A stretch of 64,000 nt of DNA. It comes from Thermodesulfobacteriota bacterium. GTDB taxonomy: Bacteria > Desulfobacterota > Desulfobulbia > Desulfobulbales > SURF-16. Shown one piece after another: positions 17,513 to 27,150 of this stretch (within the stretch, counting starts at the first letter, position 1; each line of letters begins with the position of its first letter). A model generated the notes under the pieces. It did not search any database, was not told the DNA's origin, and saw only the letters and a program-made list of their open reading frames with translations. The translations under genes and the position numbers were made by a program. Where the stretch lies: the NCBI GenBank assembly GCA_049323655.1, contig JBMONO010000009.1, forward strand, positions 62,540-126,539, in the 5' to 3' direction.

Positions 17513-19393
17513 ATGAAAAACATCCGACTGGGACGACATATCATCGGCGAGGAGCAGCCGACCTATATCATCGCAGAGATCGGCATCAACCACAACGGCG
17601 ACGAGAAACGGGCCGCGCAGCTGATCGAGGCGGCGGCAGCAGCCGGGGTGAATGCGGTGAAATTCCAGAAACGCCACCTGCCCAGCCTCTACCCACCGGA
17701 GGTGCTCGAATCACCGGAAAAATTCGAACAGACGTTTCAGTACATGATTCCGCTGCTCAAAGAGGTGGAACTGCAAGAAGAGAGTTTTGGTCGCCTGAAA
17801 AAGCAATGCGATACGCACGGACTTGATTTTCTCTGCACCCCCTTTGATCCCAAAAGCGCCGATTTCCTGCACGGGCTGGGGGTCAACGGCTTCAAGATCG
17901 CCTCAGCGGATCTCACCAACCTGGAACTCCTGGAGCATGTGGCATCCTTCGGTAAACCGCTCATCGTTTCCACCGGCATGTCGCTCTGGGAGGAAATCGA
18001 GGCGGCGGTCAGCCATCTGCGCCGCTGCAACGCCGAATTCGCCCTGCTGCACTGCCGCAGCGTTTATCCGGTCTGGCCCAGGGAGGTCAACCTGCGGATG
18101 ATCAACCGGCTCAGGCAGTTCGATTGCCCGGTGGGCTATTCCGGCCACGAAGTCGGCATTGTCATTCCCCTGGTTGCCGCCTCCATGGGGGCCAGTATCA
18201 TTGAAAAGCATATTACCCTGGACAAGAACCTGCGCGGCCCGGACCACAAGGTCAGCCTCGATCCCTACGAATTCAAGCGCCTGGTGCGCGATATCCGGGT
18301 TGCCGACCAGGCGGTGGGCAAAAGCAGACGTTATCTGCTGCGGGGTGAAGTGCTCAACCGCGAACTGTTCGGCAAGAGTCTGGTGGCAAGCCGGGAGATT
18401 CCGGTCGGCACCATCATCTCCCGCGACATGGTGATGACCAGGGGGCCGGGCAAGGGGTTGAGCCCGCTCAAAATGATCGACCTCATCGGCACTCCGGCCA
18501 AACGCACCATCAGGCAATTTGATTTCTTCCAAGAGGCCGATCTGGATAACGGGAGCAGCGCCGGTGAATTTACCAATTCCTTCAGGAGCCAGTGGGGTCT
18601 GATCGCACGGTTCACCGACGTCGAGGCCATGCTGGCCCATGCCCCGAAGGTGCTTGAGTTTCACCTGGCGGAAAAAGATTTTTCCCTTACTCCCCATTTC
18701 AACCGCGGTTATCCCTGCCGCCTGGTGGTTCATGCCCCGGAATACATGGGCGATGAACTGCACGACCTGGCCAGCCTGGACGAAGCCGTGCGCGCCCGCT
18801 CCGTGCAGGCGACACTCAAAACCATTGATCTGGCCAGACAGATCGCCCCCCACTTCCAGGGAAAAGCCAAATTCATTACCCACCCCGGCGCCATGAGCCT
18901 GAGCCAGAAGCTCGACCAGGCAAAACTTGCCGCCAGCCTGGCCAGGTCGGTCCAGGAGATCCTGCCCGTGGTGGGGGATGACATGGAGTTTCTCCTGGAA
19001 AATCTGCCGCCCTACCCCTGGTACTTTGGCGGGCAATGGAAAGGAAACTATTTCATGGCCGCAGACGAAATTGCCGATTTCTGCAGTCGCCAGAGGATAA
19101 ACATCTGTTTTGATCTTTCCCATGCCGCCCTTTATTGCAATGCCAAGGATGTGGCCCTCGACGCCTATATCCGCACCGTGCTGCCGCTTATCCGCCACAT
19201 TCACTTTGCCGACGCCTACGGCCTGGACGGCGAGGGCATGCAGATCGGCGAGGGGGACATCGATCTGGACCGCATCATGCCGCTCTTTGCCGACTATCGC
19301 GGCACCTGGGTCCCCGAGGTGTGGCGCGGTCATCTGGAAAACGGCCAGGGATTTCTTACCGCCCTGGAACGACTGAAATCATACCCGCTCTGA
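17513..19393 (+). CDS. neuB: Nonulosonic acid synthase (NeuB family) + SAF domain + C-terminal sugar-isomerase-like TIM barrel
   Basis: IIAEIGINHNGD, AVKFQKR, FKIASAD, IVSTGM, GYSGHE, IEKHITLD; C-terminal ENLPP, CFDLSH, HIHFAD, GEGDID. Confidence 0.9.
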   Translation: MKNIRLGRHIIGEEQPTYIIAEIGINHNGDEKRAAQLIEAAAAAGVNAVKFQKRHLPSLYPPEVLESPEKFEQTFQYMIPLLKEVELQEESFGRLKKQCDTHGLDFLCTPFDPKSADFLHGLGVNGFKIASADLTNLELLEHVASFGKPLIVSTGMSLWEEIEAAVSHLRRCNAEFALLHCRSVYPVWPREVNLRMINRLRQFDCPVGYSGHEVGIVIPLVAASMGASIIEKHITLDKNLRGPDHKVSLDPYEFKRLVRDIRVADQAVGKSRRYLLRGEVLNRELFGKSLVASREIPVGTIISRDMVMTRGPGKGLSPLKMIDLIGTPAKRTIRQFDFFQEADLDNGSSAGEFTNSFRSQWGLIARFTDVEAMLAHAPKVLEFHLAEKDFSLTPHFNRGYPCRLVVHAPEYMGDELHDLASLDEAVRARSVQATLKTIDLARQIAPHFQGKAKFITHPGAMSLSQKLDQAKLAASLARSVQEILPVVGDDMEFLLENLPPYPWYFGGQWKGNYFMAADEIADFCSRQRINICFDLSHAALYCNAKDVALDAYIRTVLPLIRHIHFADAYGLDGEGMQIGEGDIDLDRIMPLFADYRGTWVPEVWRGHLENGQGFLTALERLKSYPL

Positions 19394-19481
19394 CAAAAAT
19401 ATTTAATGATCTGCTCCTGGCTGCCGAACAGAAACATAAACCATTCACTCACTGAACGATCTATCGAGGCCTCGATACAGC

Positions 19482-20438
19482 ATGAACATCCTGATGATCA
19501 CCGCCAACGATCCGGCCGGCATGGGCATTGCCTTCACCAATGCCATCAACCGCTACAGCGAACACCGCTGCCGGCTGATCACCAGTCAGGACCGCTACGG
19601 CATTGATTTCGGCAAGGATATTCATCTGCCGGACATCCATGATGATGACTTCGGCGAGGTGGAACAGCTCCTCAAAAACGCCGACATCATTCATTTTCAT
19701 ATGCTGTCCGATGAGAACGCCCATCTCGGCCCTCTGGTCATCCGGGACTTCACCAGTGGCAAAAAAATTCTCCATCACCATCACGGTCATCCCGATTATC
19801 TGATCAATGCAGCAGCCTACAACAAGAAATATCGCAGCCTGAACCGCAAGGTCATTGTCAGCACCCCGGACCTTCTCCAAATTGCCGAAAACGCCACCTG
19901 GGTGCCGAATCTGGTGCCCATCAACGATACCCATTACCTGCCCCGCTTTGAAGACAGTCTGCCGACCGCGCCGATCAAAATATGTCAGGCACCAACCAGA
20001 AAATTTGATAAGCATACCGAGGTGTTTCGCCGGGTTTTCCAGCAACTTCACAGGAAGTACCCACACCTTGAGCAGGTGATCCTGGAAAGGATGAACCACC
20101 TCGACTGCCTCAACGCGAAAAAAAGCTGTCATGTTGTCTTTGATCACATGCGCGGCTGGTTCGGCATCTCCTCACTCGAATCCCTCAGCCAGGGGAAACC
20201 GGTGATCGCAGGTCTTGACGACTGGAACATCAAATGTATCCGGGAATTCACCGGAACAGACCTGTTGCCCTGGCAGGTGGCCCGCGATGAGAAAGGCTTA
20301 TACAGCGTACTGCGCACCTTGATTGCGGATCGCGAATTACGCCTGGAAGTCGGCAGGAAGTCCCGGGAATTCATGGAACAGCACTGGACCGAGCAGCGGG
20401 CCTTACGGGTTCTGTTTGCTGTTTACGCCGCTTTGTAA
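19482..20438 (+). CDS. GT-B fold glycosyltransferase-like protein
   Basis: CQAPTRKFDK, VVFDHMRGWFGISSLESLSQGKPVI; operon context. Confidence 0.7.
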   Translation: MNILMITANDPAGMGIAFTNAINRYSEHRCRLITSQDRYGIDFGKDIHLPDIHDDDFGEVEQLLKNADIIHFHMLSDENAHLGPLVIRDFTSGKKILHHHHGHPDYLINAAAYNKKYRSLNRKVIVSTPDLLQIAENATWVPNLVPINDTHYLPRFEDSLPTAPIKICQAPTRKFDKHTEVFRRVFQQLHRKYPHLEQVILERMNHLDCLNAKKSCHVVFDHMRGWFGISSLESLSQGKPVIAGLDDWNIKCIREFTGTDLLPWQVARDEKGLYSVLRTLIADRELRLEVGRKSREFMEQHWTEQRALRVLFAVYAAL

Positions 20439-20446
20439 GGATTAAG

Positions 20447-21004
20447 ATGACGCTGAAGGCAAGCGACAATCCGCCCTCCTGCTTTCCGGATGATCTTTTC
20501 AGGCGGCCGGCTGCCGATGACGGAACAGTGTGGTGGGTTGCCCGCACCAAAAGCAGACAGGAAAAGGCCTTGGCCTGGGAGCTGCACGCCAAGGGGCTTC
20601 CCTATTATCTGCCTCTGGTGGCAAAGCCCCAGAATTGCCGTGGCAGAATGCGCGCCTCAATCCTGCCTCTTTTTAGCGGATATCTGTTTTTTAAAAGTGA
20701 CCAGCAGGGACGCTATGAGGCCCTGTGCGGCGGCCGCATCGCCCAGATCCTTGAGGTTCAGGATCAGGAAAAAATCACCCGCGAACTGGCAAATCTCAAT
20801 CTGGCAACCCAGGCCAGGGTGAACCTGACCCTCTGCGATTTTGCCAAAGAGGGGCAACGGGTACGCATCATTGCCGGGCCCTTTTCCGGCCTTGAGGGCA
20901 TTGTTCGCAAACAGAAAAATCAGACCCGCCTGATCCTGAATCTTGAGGCGATCAGGCAGGCGGCCACGGTAGATATTGCGCTGGAGCAGGCTCAGCCTAT
21001 TTAA
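20447..21004 (+). CDS. Specialised NusG paralog (RfaH/UpxY-like antiterminator)
   Basis: NGN: WWVARTKSRQEK, YYLPL, PLFSGYLF; KOW: GQRVRIIAGPFSGLEGIV. Confidence 0.9.
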   Translation: MTLKASDNPPSCFPDDLFRRPAADDGTVWWVARTKSRQEKALAWELHAKGLPYYLPLVAKPQNCRGRMRASILPLFSGYLFFKSDQQGRYEALCGGRIAQILEVQDQEKITRELANLNLATQARVNLTLCDFAKEGQRVRIIAGPFSGLEGIVRKQKNQTRLILNLEAIRQAATVDIALEQAQPI

Positions 21005-21102
21005 CGCAACATACTGATTTTATCTTATTTTTATAAAAAATCGGGTGTACCCGACAGGGGCGAAGTGCGTCTATCACACCGCAAACACAGGAAGGATGCG
21101 CC

Positions 21103-21840
21103 GTGGAAACTCGAAAAAATATTGCCTTGATCTGGGCTCGCGGCAATGGCAGCTCGCTCCCCAGGAAAAGTGTCTTCCCAATTCTGGGCAAACCGCTCAT
21201 ATCATACATTTTGCAGGCAGTCCGGCAGAGCGGCATCATTGACAGACTGTATGTCTTTACCGAAGATCAGGAGATCATGGAAATCACGCAGCAACTTGGT
21301 TGGCAGATCATTGTGCGACAAAAACATATGGTCGAATATGATGACCCAGGTTTCAATATTCAGGAAATCAATCACTATCAAAACCAGGCCATTCTTCGCG
21401 ACCTCAGTGCCTCCCCTGCAGATATCCAGCGAGGGGCAATCACCCCGTACGTCAAGGGACTTTTCCACTTCAACTGTAACCACTGCCTGATCACGGCAAC
21501 GACGATCCGGGGCATGTACAACAAACTGCAGGAATCTGATGCGAGCAGTATCTGCATTGCCACCAAGGTAGACCCGCACCTTTTCATTCTGCATGGAGAA
21601 AAGGAAACCCCCTTTCCCATCTGGCATCAACATGGCCTGGACCGCCGCAACTATCCGCCACTTTATCGACTCTATCCGGACACCAATTATATTCGCATTG
21701 ATCAACTGAGTGTAAACCGCAGACAGATAATTTATCAGATTCCCAGGGAAGAAGCCCTCGATGTCCATGACATTGCTGATATCAGGCTCGCGGAGTTCTT
21801 CCTGACGCAACGCAACGAACTGCCATCGGAAAAGTCATGA
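21103..21840 (+). CDS. neuA: Acylneuraminate cytidylyltransferase-like (NeuA family), divergent
   Basis: IALIWARGNGSSLPRKSV..GKPLI (cf. ARGGSKxxPxKN..GKPLI); C-terminal LDVHDIADIRLAE. Confidence 0.75.
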   Translation: METRKNIALIWARGNGSSLPRKSVFPILGKPLISYILQAVRQSGIIDRLYVFTEDQEIMEITQQLGWQIIVRQKHMVEYDDPGFNIQEINHYQNQAILRDLSASPADIQRGAITPYVKGLFHFNCNHCLITATTIRGMYNKLQESDASSICIATKVDPHLFILHGEKETPFPIWHQHGLDRRNYPPLYRLYPDTNYIRIDQLSVNRRQIIYQIPREEALDVHDIADIRLAEFFLTQRNELPSEKS

Positions 21841-22808
21841 AACTGGTCATCCAGATCCCCTGCTATAACGAAGAGCTTTATCTGTCCAAAACTATTGATG
21901 CCATTCCCGACTCCTTTGCGGGAATCGACCAGGTTGAAATTCTCGTTATCGATGATGGCAGCACAGACCAGACCAGCAGCGTGGCAAGTGACCACGCCAG
22001 ATGTACCACGGTTTCACGACTTGCACCTCATCAGGGATTGGCCACCGCTTTTGCCCGGGGACTGGAGAAAGCCTGCGAAATGGGCGCTGACATTATCGTG
22101 AATACGGATGCTGACAACCAGTACTGCGCAGAAGATATAGCAAAACTGATCGCGCCCATTATCAATGGACAGGCCGATATGGTAGTTGGCTGCCGCCCGA
22201 TTGAGGAAATCAGCTATTTCTCTCCGGCAAAAAAGATTCTCCAGCGTCTAGGCTCGTGCGTTGTCCGCTTTATCACCAACACCCGGGTGCTTGACGCAAC
22301 CAGCGGCTTTCGCGCCTATTCACGGCAGACCGCCAAAAAAATCTTTCTGCATACAAAATTCACCTACACCCTTGAAACCCTTGTCTTTGCGGGCAAGAAA
22401 AATCTTCGGGTCGTCTCGGTCCCCATAAGGGTAAACCCTGTGCGGGTGAGAGAATCACGCCTTTTTTCCACAACCTTCGAATATCTCAAACAGTCTTTGG
22501 CAACTCTCCTGCGCCTCTATCTATTTTATGAACCGCTCAAAAGCTTCACCTATGCGGCGGTTTTAATTGCGACAATAGGATTTGCCTTGCTCCTGTTGGC
22601 CGTCCTCAGCCAGACCCAGCACGCCGCCAAATTGTTCATAAGTTCGCTCTTCTTTCTGTTTCTGGGCGGATCCATATTTTCACTCGGCATCTTGGGCGAT
22701 ATCAACAGTTCTCAGAAACAGCTTCTTGAAGAGGCGTTGGTCAGAATCAAAAATCTGGAAGATGAAATCAAGCGTCCTCCTGCGAATCCCCCCCCCGACA
22801 AACAGTGA
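21837..22808 (+). CDS. GT2 glycosyltransferase, polyprenol-phosphate (DPM synthase-like) type with two C-terminal TM helices
   Basis: IPCYNEE, IDDGSTD, NTDADNQY, DATSGFRAY; two hydrophobic C-terminal segments. Confidence 0.9.
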   Translation: MKLVIQIPCYNEELYLSKTIDAIPDSFAGIDQVEILVIDDGSTDQTSSVASDHARCTTVSRLAPHQGLATAFARGLEKACEMGADIIVNTDADNQYCAEDIAKLIAPIINGQADMVVGCRPIEEISYFSPAKKILQRLGSCVVRFITNTRVLDATSGFRAYSRQTAKKIFLHTKFTYTLETLVFAGKKNLRVVSVPIRVNPVRVRESRLFSTTFEYLKQSLATLLRLYLFYEPLKSFTYAAVLIATIGFALLLLAVLSQTQHAAKLFISSLFFLFLGGSIFSLGILGDINSSQKQLLEEALVRIKNLEDEIKRPPANPPPDKQ

Positions 22809-22834
22809 GAAATCCAGCTAAAGTCAGGATGAAC

Positions 22835-24271
22835 ATGAAAACACTGCTGGTCATTCCAAATATTCAAGGGAAATACTTTAAGCCCGGCCAACCCCACGTG
22901 GGGATCGCCTATCTGGCCGGCGCTCTCGACACCAGAAACGGCTTCCAGACAAAGATCATTGATATGCGGCTTGGTGGGCGTTTTGCCGGGTTGGCCGCTG
23001 CCGTAACAAACTATCAGCCAGATCTTATCGGCATCACGGTTACAACCCTCAACTATCAGGAATCTTACGGACTTATTGCCAAGACCAAAAAACAGTTCCC
23101 CAAGATACCGGTTGTGATCGGCGGGCCCCATGTCACCTCTTTTGCCGCCACAATTCTTGATGAAACCGAGGCTGACTTTGCCATTGTCGGCGAAGGAGAA
23201 GACGCTATTGTCGAACTGGCGACGCAGATCCAGCGGGGAGCGGCAGATTACCATCACATAGCCGGCCTTATCTGGCGGGATGGCAAGACGACCTTCACAA
23301 ACTCCCCCCGAAAACCGCGTATTGACCTTGATTCCTTTGCCTTTCCGCGCTACGAGAAATCACCCCTGGGCAAATATCTGGACAACAAGATCCCCATCCT
23401 TACCTCCCGGGGTTGCCCCGGCCGCTGTGTGTACTGCTCCGTGGCCAGCCTCTTCGGCCGTAACTTCCGGACCAGAACCCCTGAGAATGTTTTCAACGAG
23501 ATATCCTTCTGGCACAAGCGGGGTTATAAATATTACATTATCAATGACGACTGCTTCACAGCAGCCATCCCCCGGGCTGAAAAAATCTGCGATCTGATCA
23601 TCAACCATCAGTTGGATATCCGCTGGGAATGTCGAAATGGCATCCGCATGGACCGTCTTACCCCGGCATTGGCCGCCAAAATGAAGCAGGCCGGCTGCTG
23701 CTTCGTGGCATTCGGCCTGGAGTCGGCTAACCAGCATAATCTCGATGCCATGCGCAAGGGCATTACCATTGCCCAAGCGCATCAGGCAATAAAGATCGTC
23801 AAGGAAGCAGGCATTGATTTCGGCCTTTTTTTCATGATCGGCACCCCGGGTGACACCTTCACCAATTTCCTTGATTCATATAATTTTGCCAAAACAAGCG
23901 GCGCCCAGGAAGTCCGTTTCTATAACGCCCTGCCCTACCCGGGAACTGATTTCTTCAGCTGGGTTGAACAGCACGGACGCTTTCTTTATTCCCCGGACCG
24001 ATACCTTAACAGCCTGGATCGCTGGGATGAGACCCCGGTCTTTGAAACGAACGAGTTTCCCAAAAAAGAGAGAATCAAGGCCTTCCGAATGGGAGAGGAG
24101 TTAGTGATGCGGGCCTTTTTCCGAAAATACTTCGGCAAAATTCTGGTACCGTTCTGCTGGTATGCCTACCGCAACCGCCACCTGCGCGCCCTGTTGCAGG
24201 TCCCTGGGGAAATCATCTGGACACAATTGCGCAAACTGCATCTCAAAAGGAACATGCTTGGCCGCAGCTAA
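22835..24271 (+). CDS. Cobalamin-binding radical SAM enzyme 1
   Basis: GIAYLAG, IGGPHVT, GEGE, TSRGCPGRCVYC, PYPGT. Alternative start GTG 22805. Confidence 0.93.
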   Translation: MKTLLVIPNIQGKYFKPGQPHVGIAYLAGALDTRNGFQTKIIDMRLGGRFAGLAAAVTNYQPDLIGITVTTLNYQESYGLIAKTKKQFPKIPVVIGGPHVTSFAATILDETEADFAIVGEGEDAIVELATQIQRGAADYHHIAGLIWRDGKTTFTNSPRKPRIDLDSFAFPRYEKSPLGKYLDNKIPILTSRGCPGRCVYCSVASLFGRNFRTRTPENVFNEISFWHKRGYKYYIINDDCFTAAIPRAEKICDLIINHQLDIRWECRNGIRMDRLTPALAAKMKQAGCCFVAFGLESANQHNLDAMRKGITIAQAHQAIKIVKEAGIDFGLFFMIGTPGDTFTNFLDSYNFAKTSGAQEVRFYNALPYPGTDFFSWVEQHGRFLYSPDRYLNSLDRWDETPVFETNEFPKKERIKAFRMGEELVMRAFFRKYFGKILVPFCWYAYRNRHLRALLQVPGEIIWTQLRKLHLKRNMLGRS

Positions 24272-25460
24272 AAAAAAATTATTGGTAGCAACATCGACCT
24301 TTCCCCGCTATGCGGGAGATATTGTGCCGGCTCGCTTTGTCCTGCACCTCAGTGAACAGTTCTGTGACCGCTATGACGTCCATGTGCTCGCCCCTCATGA
24401 CCCCAAGGCCTGTTTTGAGGAAAAACTAGGAAAAATCAAGGTGTCCCGCTTTCCCTATTTTTTCCCAACAAACAAACAGGTATTATGCGACGGCCGGGGC
24501 ATTCTCCCCAATATGCGCGCCAGCCTGCTGGGGAAAATGCAGATTCCCGCGCTTCTGCACGCGGAGCACCTTGCCTTGCGCCGGCTGATACAGTCCATCA
24601 AACCCGCCATCATTCACTCACATTGGGCTATCCCCCAGGGTCTTTGCGTATCGCTTGCCACCGGGAAAGACATCCCGCAAATTCTGACCATCCACTCCTC
24701 TGACCTGCACACCCTGAGGCGGCTGCCGGGCGGGGAGAAAATGCTTCGTTACATCGCAAACCGTTGCCATACAATTTTTCTGGTGAGTTCCTACCTGCGC
24801 GACCTTTTTCTGCAAATGGTGCCAAATCCACCCTGCAGCTTGCAGGTGTTGCCCATGGGTGTTGACCAAATATTCTACCGTCGCAAAATTATAACTGCTT
24901 CCCCTAAATGGCAGCTGTTGTATATAGGAAAGATGATAGAGGTTAAAGGTATCCGGTATCTCCTGGAGGCCATGGATAAAATCAGGAGAATCCTGCCCAG
25001 ATTACGGCTTACCCTGCTCGGCGACGGTGAGGATCGGCCAAAACTGGAAGCCATGGCCAGAGACTTTGATCCTGAAGGGAAAACCATCTCATTCGCCGGC
25101 CAGATTGCCCAGTCGAGATTGCCTGATTATCTTGCGGCGGCAGACGGACTGATCGTTCCCTCCATCGTCACCACACGACAGGAGACCGAAGGGATGCCCA
25201 CCGTCATCCTCGAAGCGCTTGCCTCAGGCACCCCTGTTCTCGCCTCCAGAATCGGCGGCCTGGCCGATACCATTTTCGAAGGCGTCAACGGACTTTTTTT
25301 CGAACACTCAAATCCTGATGATCTTGCCGCCAAAATCAACACATTCTACCAGCAGAAACTCTGGTCCACCATGCCTGCCGAGGCAGGCAGTTCCGCCAGG
25401 AAATATGCATGGCCGGAAATCGGCAGGCAATACCTGGAGGTTTTCAATAACGCATGTTGA
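24258..25460 (+). CDS. GT4 glycosyltransferase
   Basis: HSHWAIPQG, IGKMIEVKG, EGMPTVILEALASG; TTG 24258 chosen for AAGGA RBS. Confidence 0.9.
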   Translation: MAAAKKKLLVATSTFPRYAGDIVPARFVLHLSEQFCDRYDVHVLAPHDPKACFEEKLGKIKVSRFPYFFPTNKQVLCDGRGILPNMRASLLGKMQIPALLHAEHLALRRLIQSIKPAIIHSHWAIPQGLCVSLATGKDIPQILTIHSSDLHTLRRLPGGEKMLRYIANRCHTIFLVSSYLRDLFLQMVPNPPCSLQVLPMGVDQIFYRRKIITASPKWQLLYIGKMIEVKGIRYLLEAMDKIRRILPRLRLTLLGDGEDRPKLEAMARDFDPEGKTISFAGQIAQSRLPDYLAAADGLIVPSIVTTRQETEGMPTVILEALASGTPVLASRIGGLADTIFEGVNGLFFEHSNPDDLAAKINTFYQQKLWSTMPAEAGSSARKYAWPEIGRQYLEVFNNAC

Positions 25461-26272
25461 TCCAGCGAGTTTATAGACATCTGGACGGGATCGTCCGTCT
25501 TGCTGCGGGTTGGTCCCGCTGGCGGCGTTTGGAACGCAAAATTTACTGCTGCCTCACCGTGGATCTGGATGAGCACGGTTACCGGAATGCCTTTGCCAGG
25601 GGTTGCCCGTTCCTGCTCGATCTCTTTGCCGCCAATAACCTGCAGGGGGCAATCACCTGGTTTTACAACTGCAACGAGAAAGAGTTGGCCGAGCACCCTT
25701 TTCTCCTGGGCGAAATAAAGAAGCGCCACGATGAAGTCGCCTTGCACTATCATCTGGAAAATCTCCCGGCCTCCACAGACACGGCGGAGATATATACCAG
25801 AATACGTCAGGGGAAAGCCTATGTCGAATCTCTGCTGGATCAGGAAATCATAGGATTCCGGTCCGGTCGTTTCCTGCGGACTTCACGGATATTGCAGGCC
25901 CTCGGAGAAAACGGACTGAAATACGATTCCTCCTTTACCTACGGCAGACAATTTACCATCCATGGCCACCGGATGGATGATCGGGAAATTACCGGCAACC
26001 AGAGCGTATTCAGGCTGCCGAGCGGGTTACTGGAATTCCCGGTCTGGGAACCATTCCCCGCGCCTAGGCAGATATCGCTTACTGGGCCGCCGTATTTTAT
26101 CACCAATCTGGTCCACCCCTTTAATTTTGTCTGGCAGGGCAAAACTAACCATCCTGTCCAACACTATTACAAGACCATTGTTGAAATCTTCCGACAAATC
26201 CCCGCTATAGAATTCATCACCCTGGGTCAGGCTTGCCACATTTGGAATCAACAGAGTTCAAATCCATCATAG
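25454..26272 (+). CDS. Polysaccharide deacetylase family protein
   Basis: LTVDLDE, TWF, EVALH, GFRSG, YDSS, LLEFPV, VHP. Confidence 0.75.
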   Translation: MLIQRVYRHLDGIVRLAAGWSRWRRLERKIYCCLTVDLDEHGYRNAFARGCPFLLDLFAANNLQGAITWFYNCNEKELAEHPFLLGEIKKRHDEVALHYHLENLPASTDTAEIYTRIRQGKAYVESLLDQEIIGFRSGRFLRTSRILQALGENGLKYDSSFTYGRQFTIHGHRMDDREITGNQSVFRLPSGLLEFPVWEPFPAPRQISLTGPPYFITNLVHPFNFVWQGKTNHPVQHYYKTIVEIFRQIPAIEFITLGQACHIWNQQSSNPS

Positions 26273-27150
26273 CGTCGCCGGAGGCACGGCACCTCCTCAG
26301 CAACCTGTTTGTCCGTTATGGTCGCGCTTATCATCGCGCGTCAACAGGAATCAAGGCGGATCAGATCACCTCACCGTGGGATGACAGGTTTCTTGCGGCA
26401 AAACTGATTGGCAGAGACAGAAACGGTTTTCATCTCACTGACCTTGGGAAAACCATCGGCTATGGCCTGCTGGAATCCGCCAACCTTGAAAACCGCCAAC
26501 AACGGGAAAGCGCCAATCCTGTCGATATACCACTGTCTCCCAGTGCATTATTTGCAGGAAAGAATGTGGTGGATATTGGCTGCGGTACAGGATGCTACAC
26601 GGCGCTGGCCCGCAGACTCGGAGCAAAGACCGCCATCGGTATGGACGTCCAGCAGCCGCTCCTGCAGACAGCTCGTCTCCTGCATAGGGACTCGGGTGCC
26701 CTTTTCGTCAGCGGCTCGGCAGAACATCTCCCACTCCCAGATACAATGGCGGATCTGGTAATTCTTCGGGGAATATTGGCCTACGTGGATAACCACAAAC
26801 TCCTGCAGGAAGTCTCCCGCATTAGCAGGCCGGGATGTCAGATCATGCTCACCACCCAGGGATGCGGTTATTTTGCCCAGGCGCTGCTGAGTGCGGGCCG
26901 TCACCTGCATGTATTCCATATGGCCTACCTCTCCCTGGTGCTTTTAAACGGCCTTTTTTTTACCCTGAGTGGCAGACGTCTTCCCCTCAGAATAAAAAAA
27001 TATTTTTCCAGGGAGCTCATAAGTATTTTTCATACCAAAGCCAGCCTATTTCGTCTTGTTAAGGACTATGGCTATACCGTGTCCTCCTGTCGAAGCGAAA
27101 AAATTTTTGGCATGAACTCACAATTCTGCGTCATGGCCAACCGCCAATGA
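26233..27150 (+). CDS. Class I SAM-dependent methyltransferase
   Basis: VVDIGCGTG, AEHLPLPD..DLV, RISRPG. Start uncertain. Confidence 0.85.
   Translation: MPHLESTEFKSIIASPEARHLLSNLFVRYGRAYHRASTGIKADQITSPWDDRFLAAKLIGRDRNGFHLTDLGKTIGYGLLESANLENRQQRESANPVDIPLSPSALFAGKNVVDIGCGTGCYTALARRLGAKTAIGMDVQQPLLQTARLLHRDSGALFVSGSAEHLPLPDTMADLVILRGILAYVDNHKLLQEVSRISRPGCQIMLTTQGCGYFAQALLSAGRHLHVFHMAYLSLVLLNGLFFTLSGRRLPLRIKKYFSRELISIFHTKASLFRLVKDYGYTVSSCRSEKIFGMNSQFCVMANRQ

Noticed and set aside
19772..19790. HHHHGH run in the GT-B protein
   Set aside because: Falls where GT-B enzymes often have an HxHG-type strand end; not enough to claim a metal site.
21058..21071. ops/JUMPstart-like element after the NusG paralog
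   Set aside because: GGGCGAAGTGCGTC is a poor match to GGCGGTAG; not supportable.
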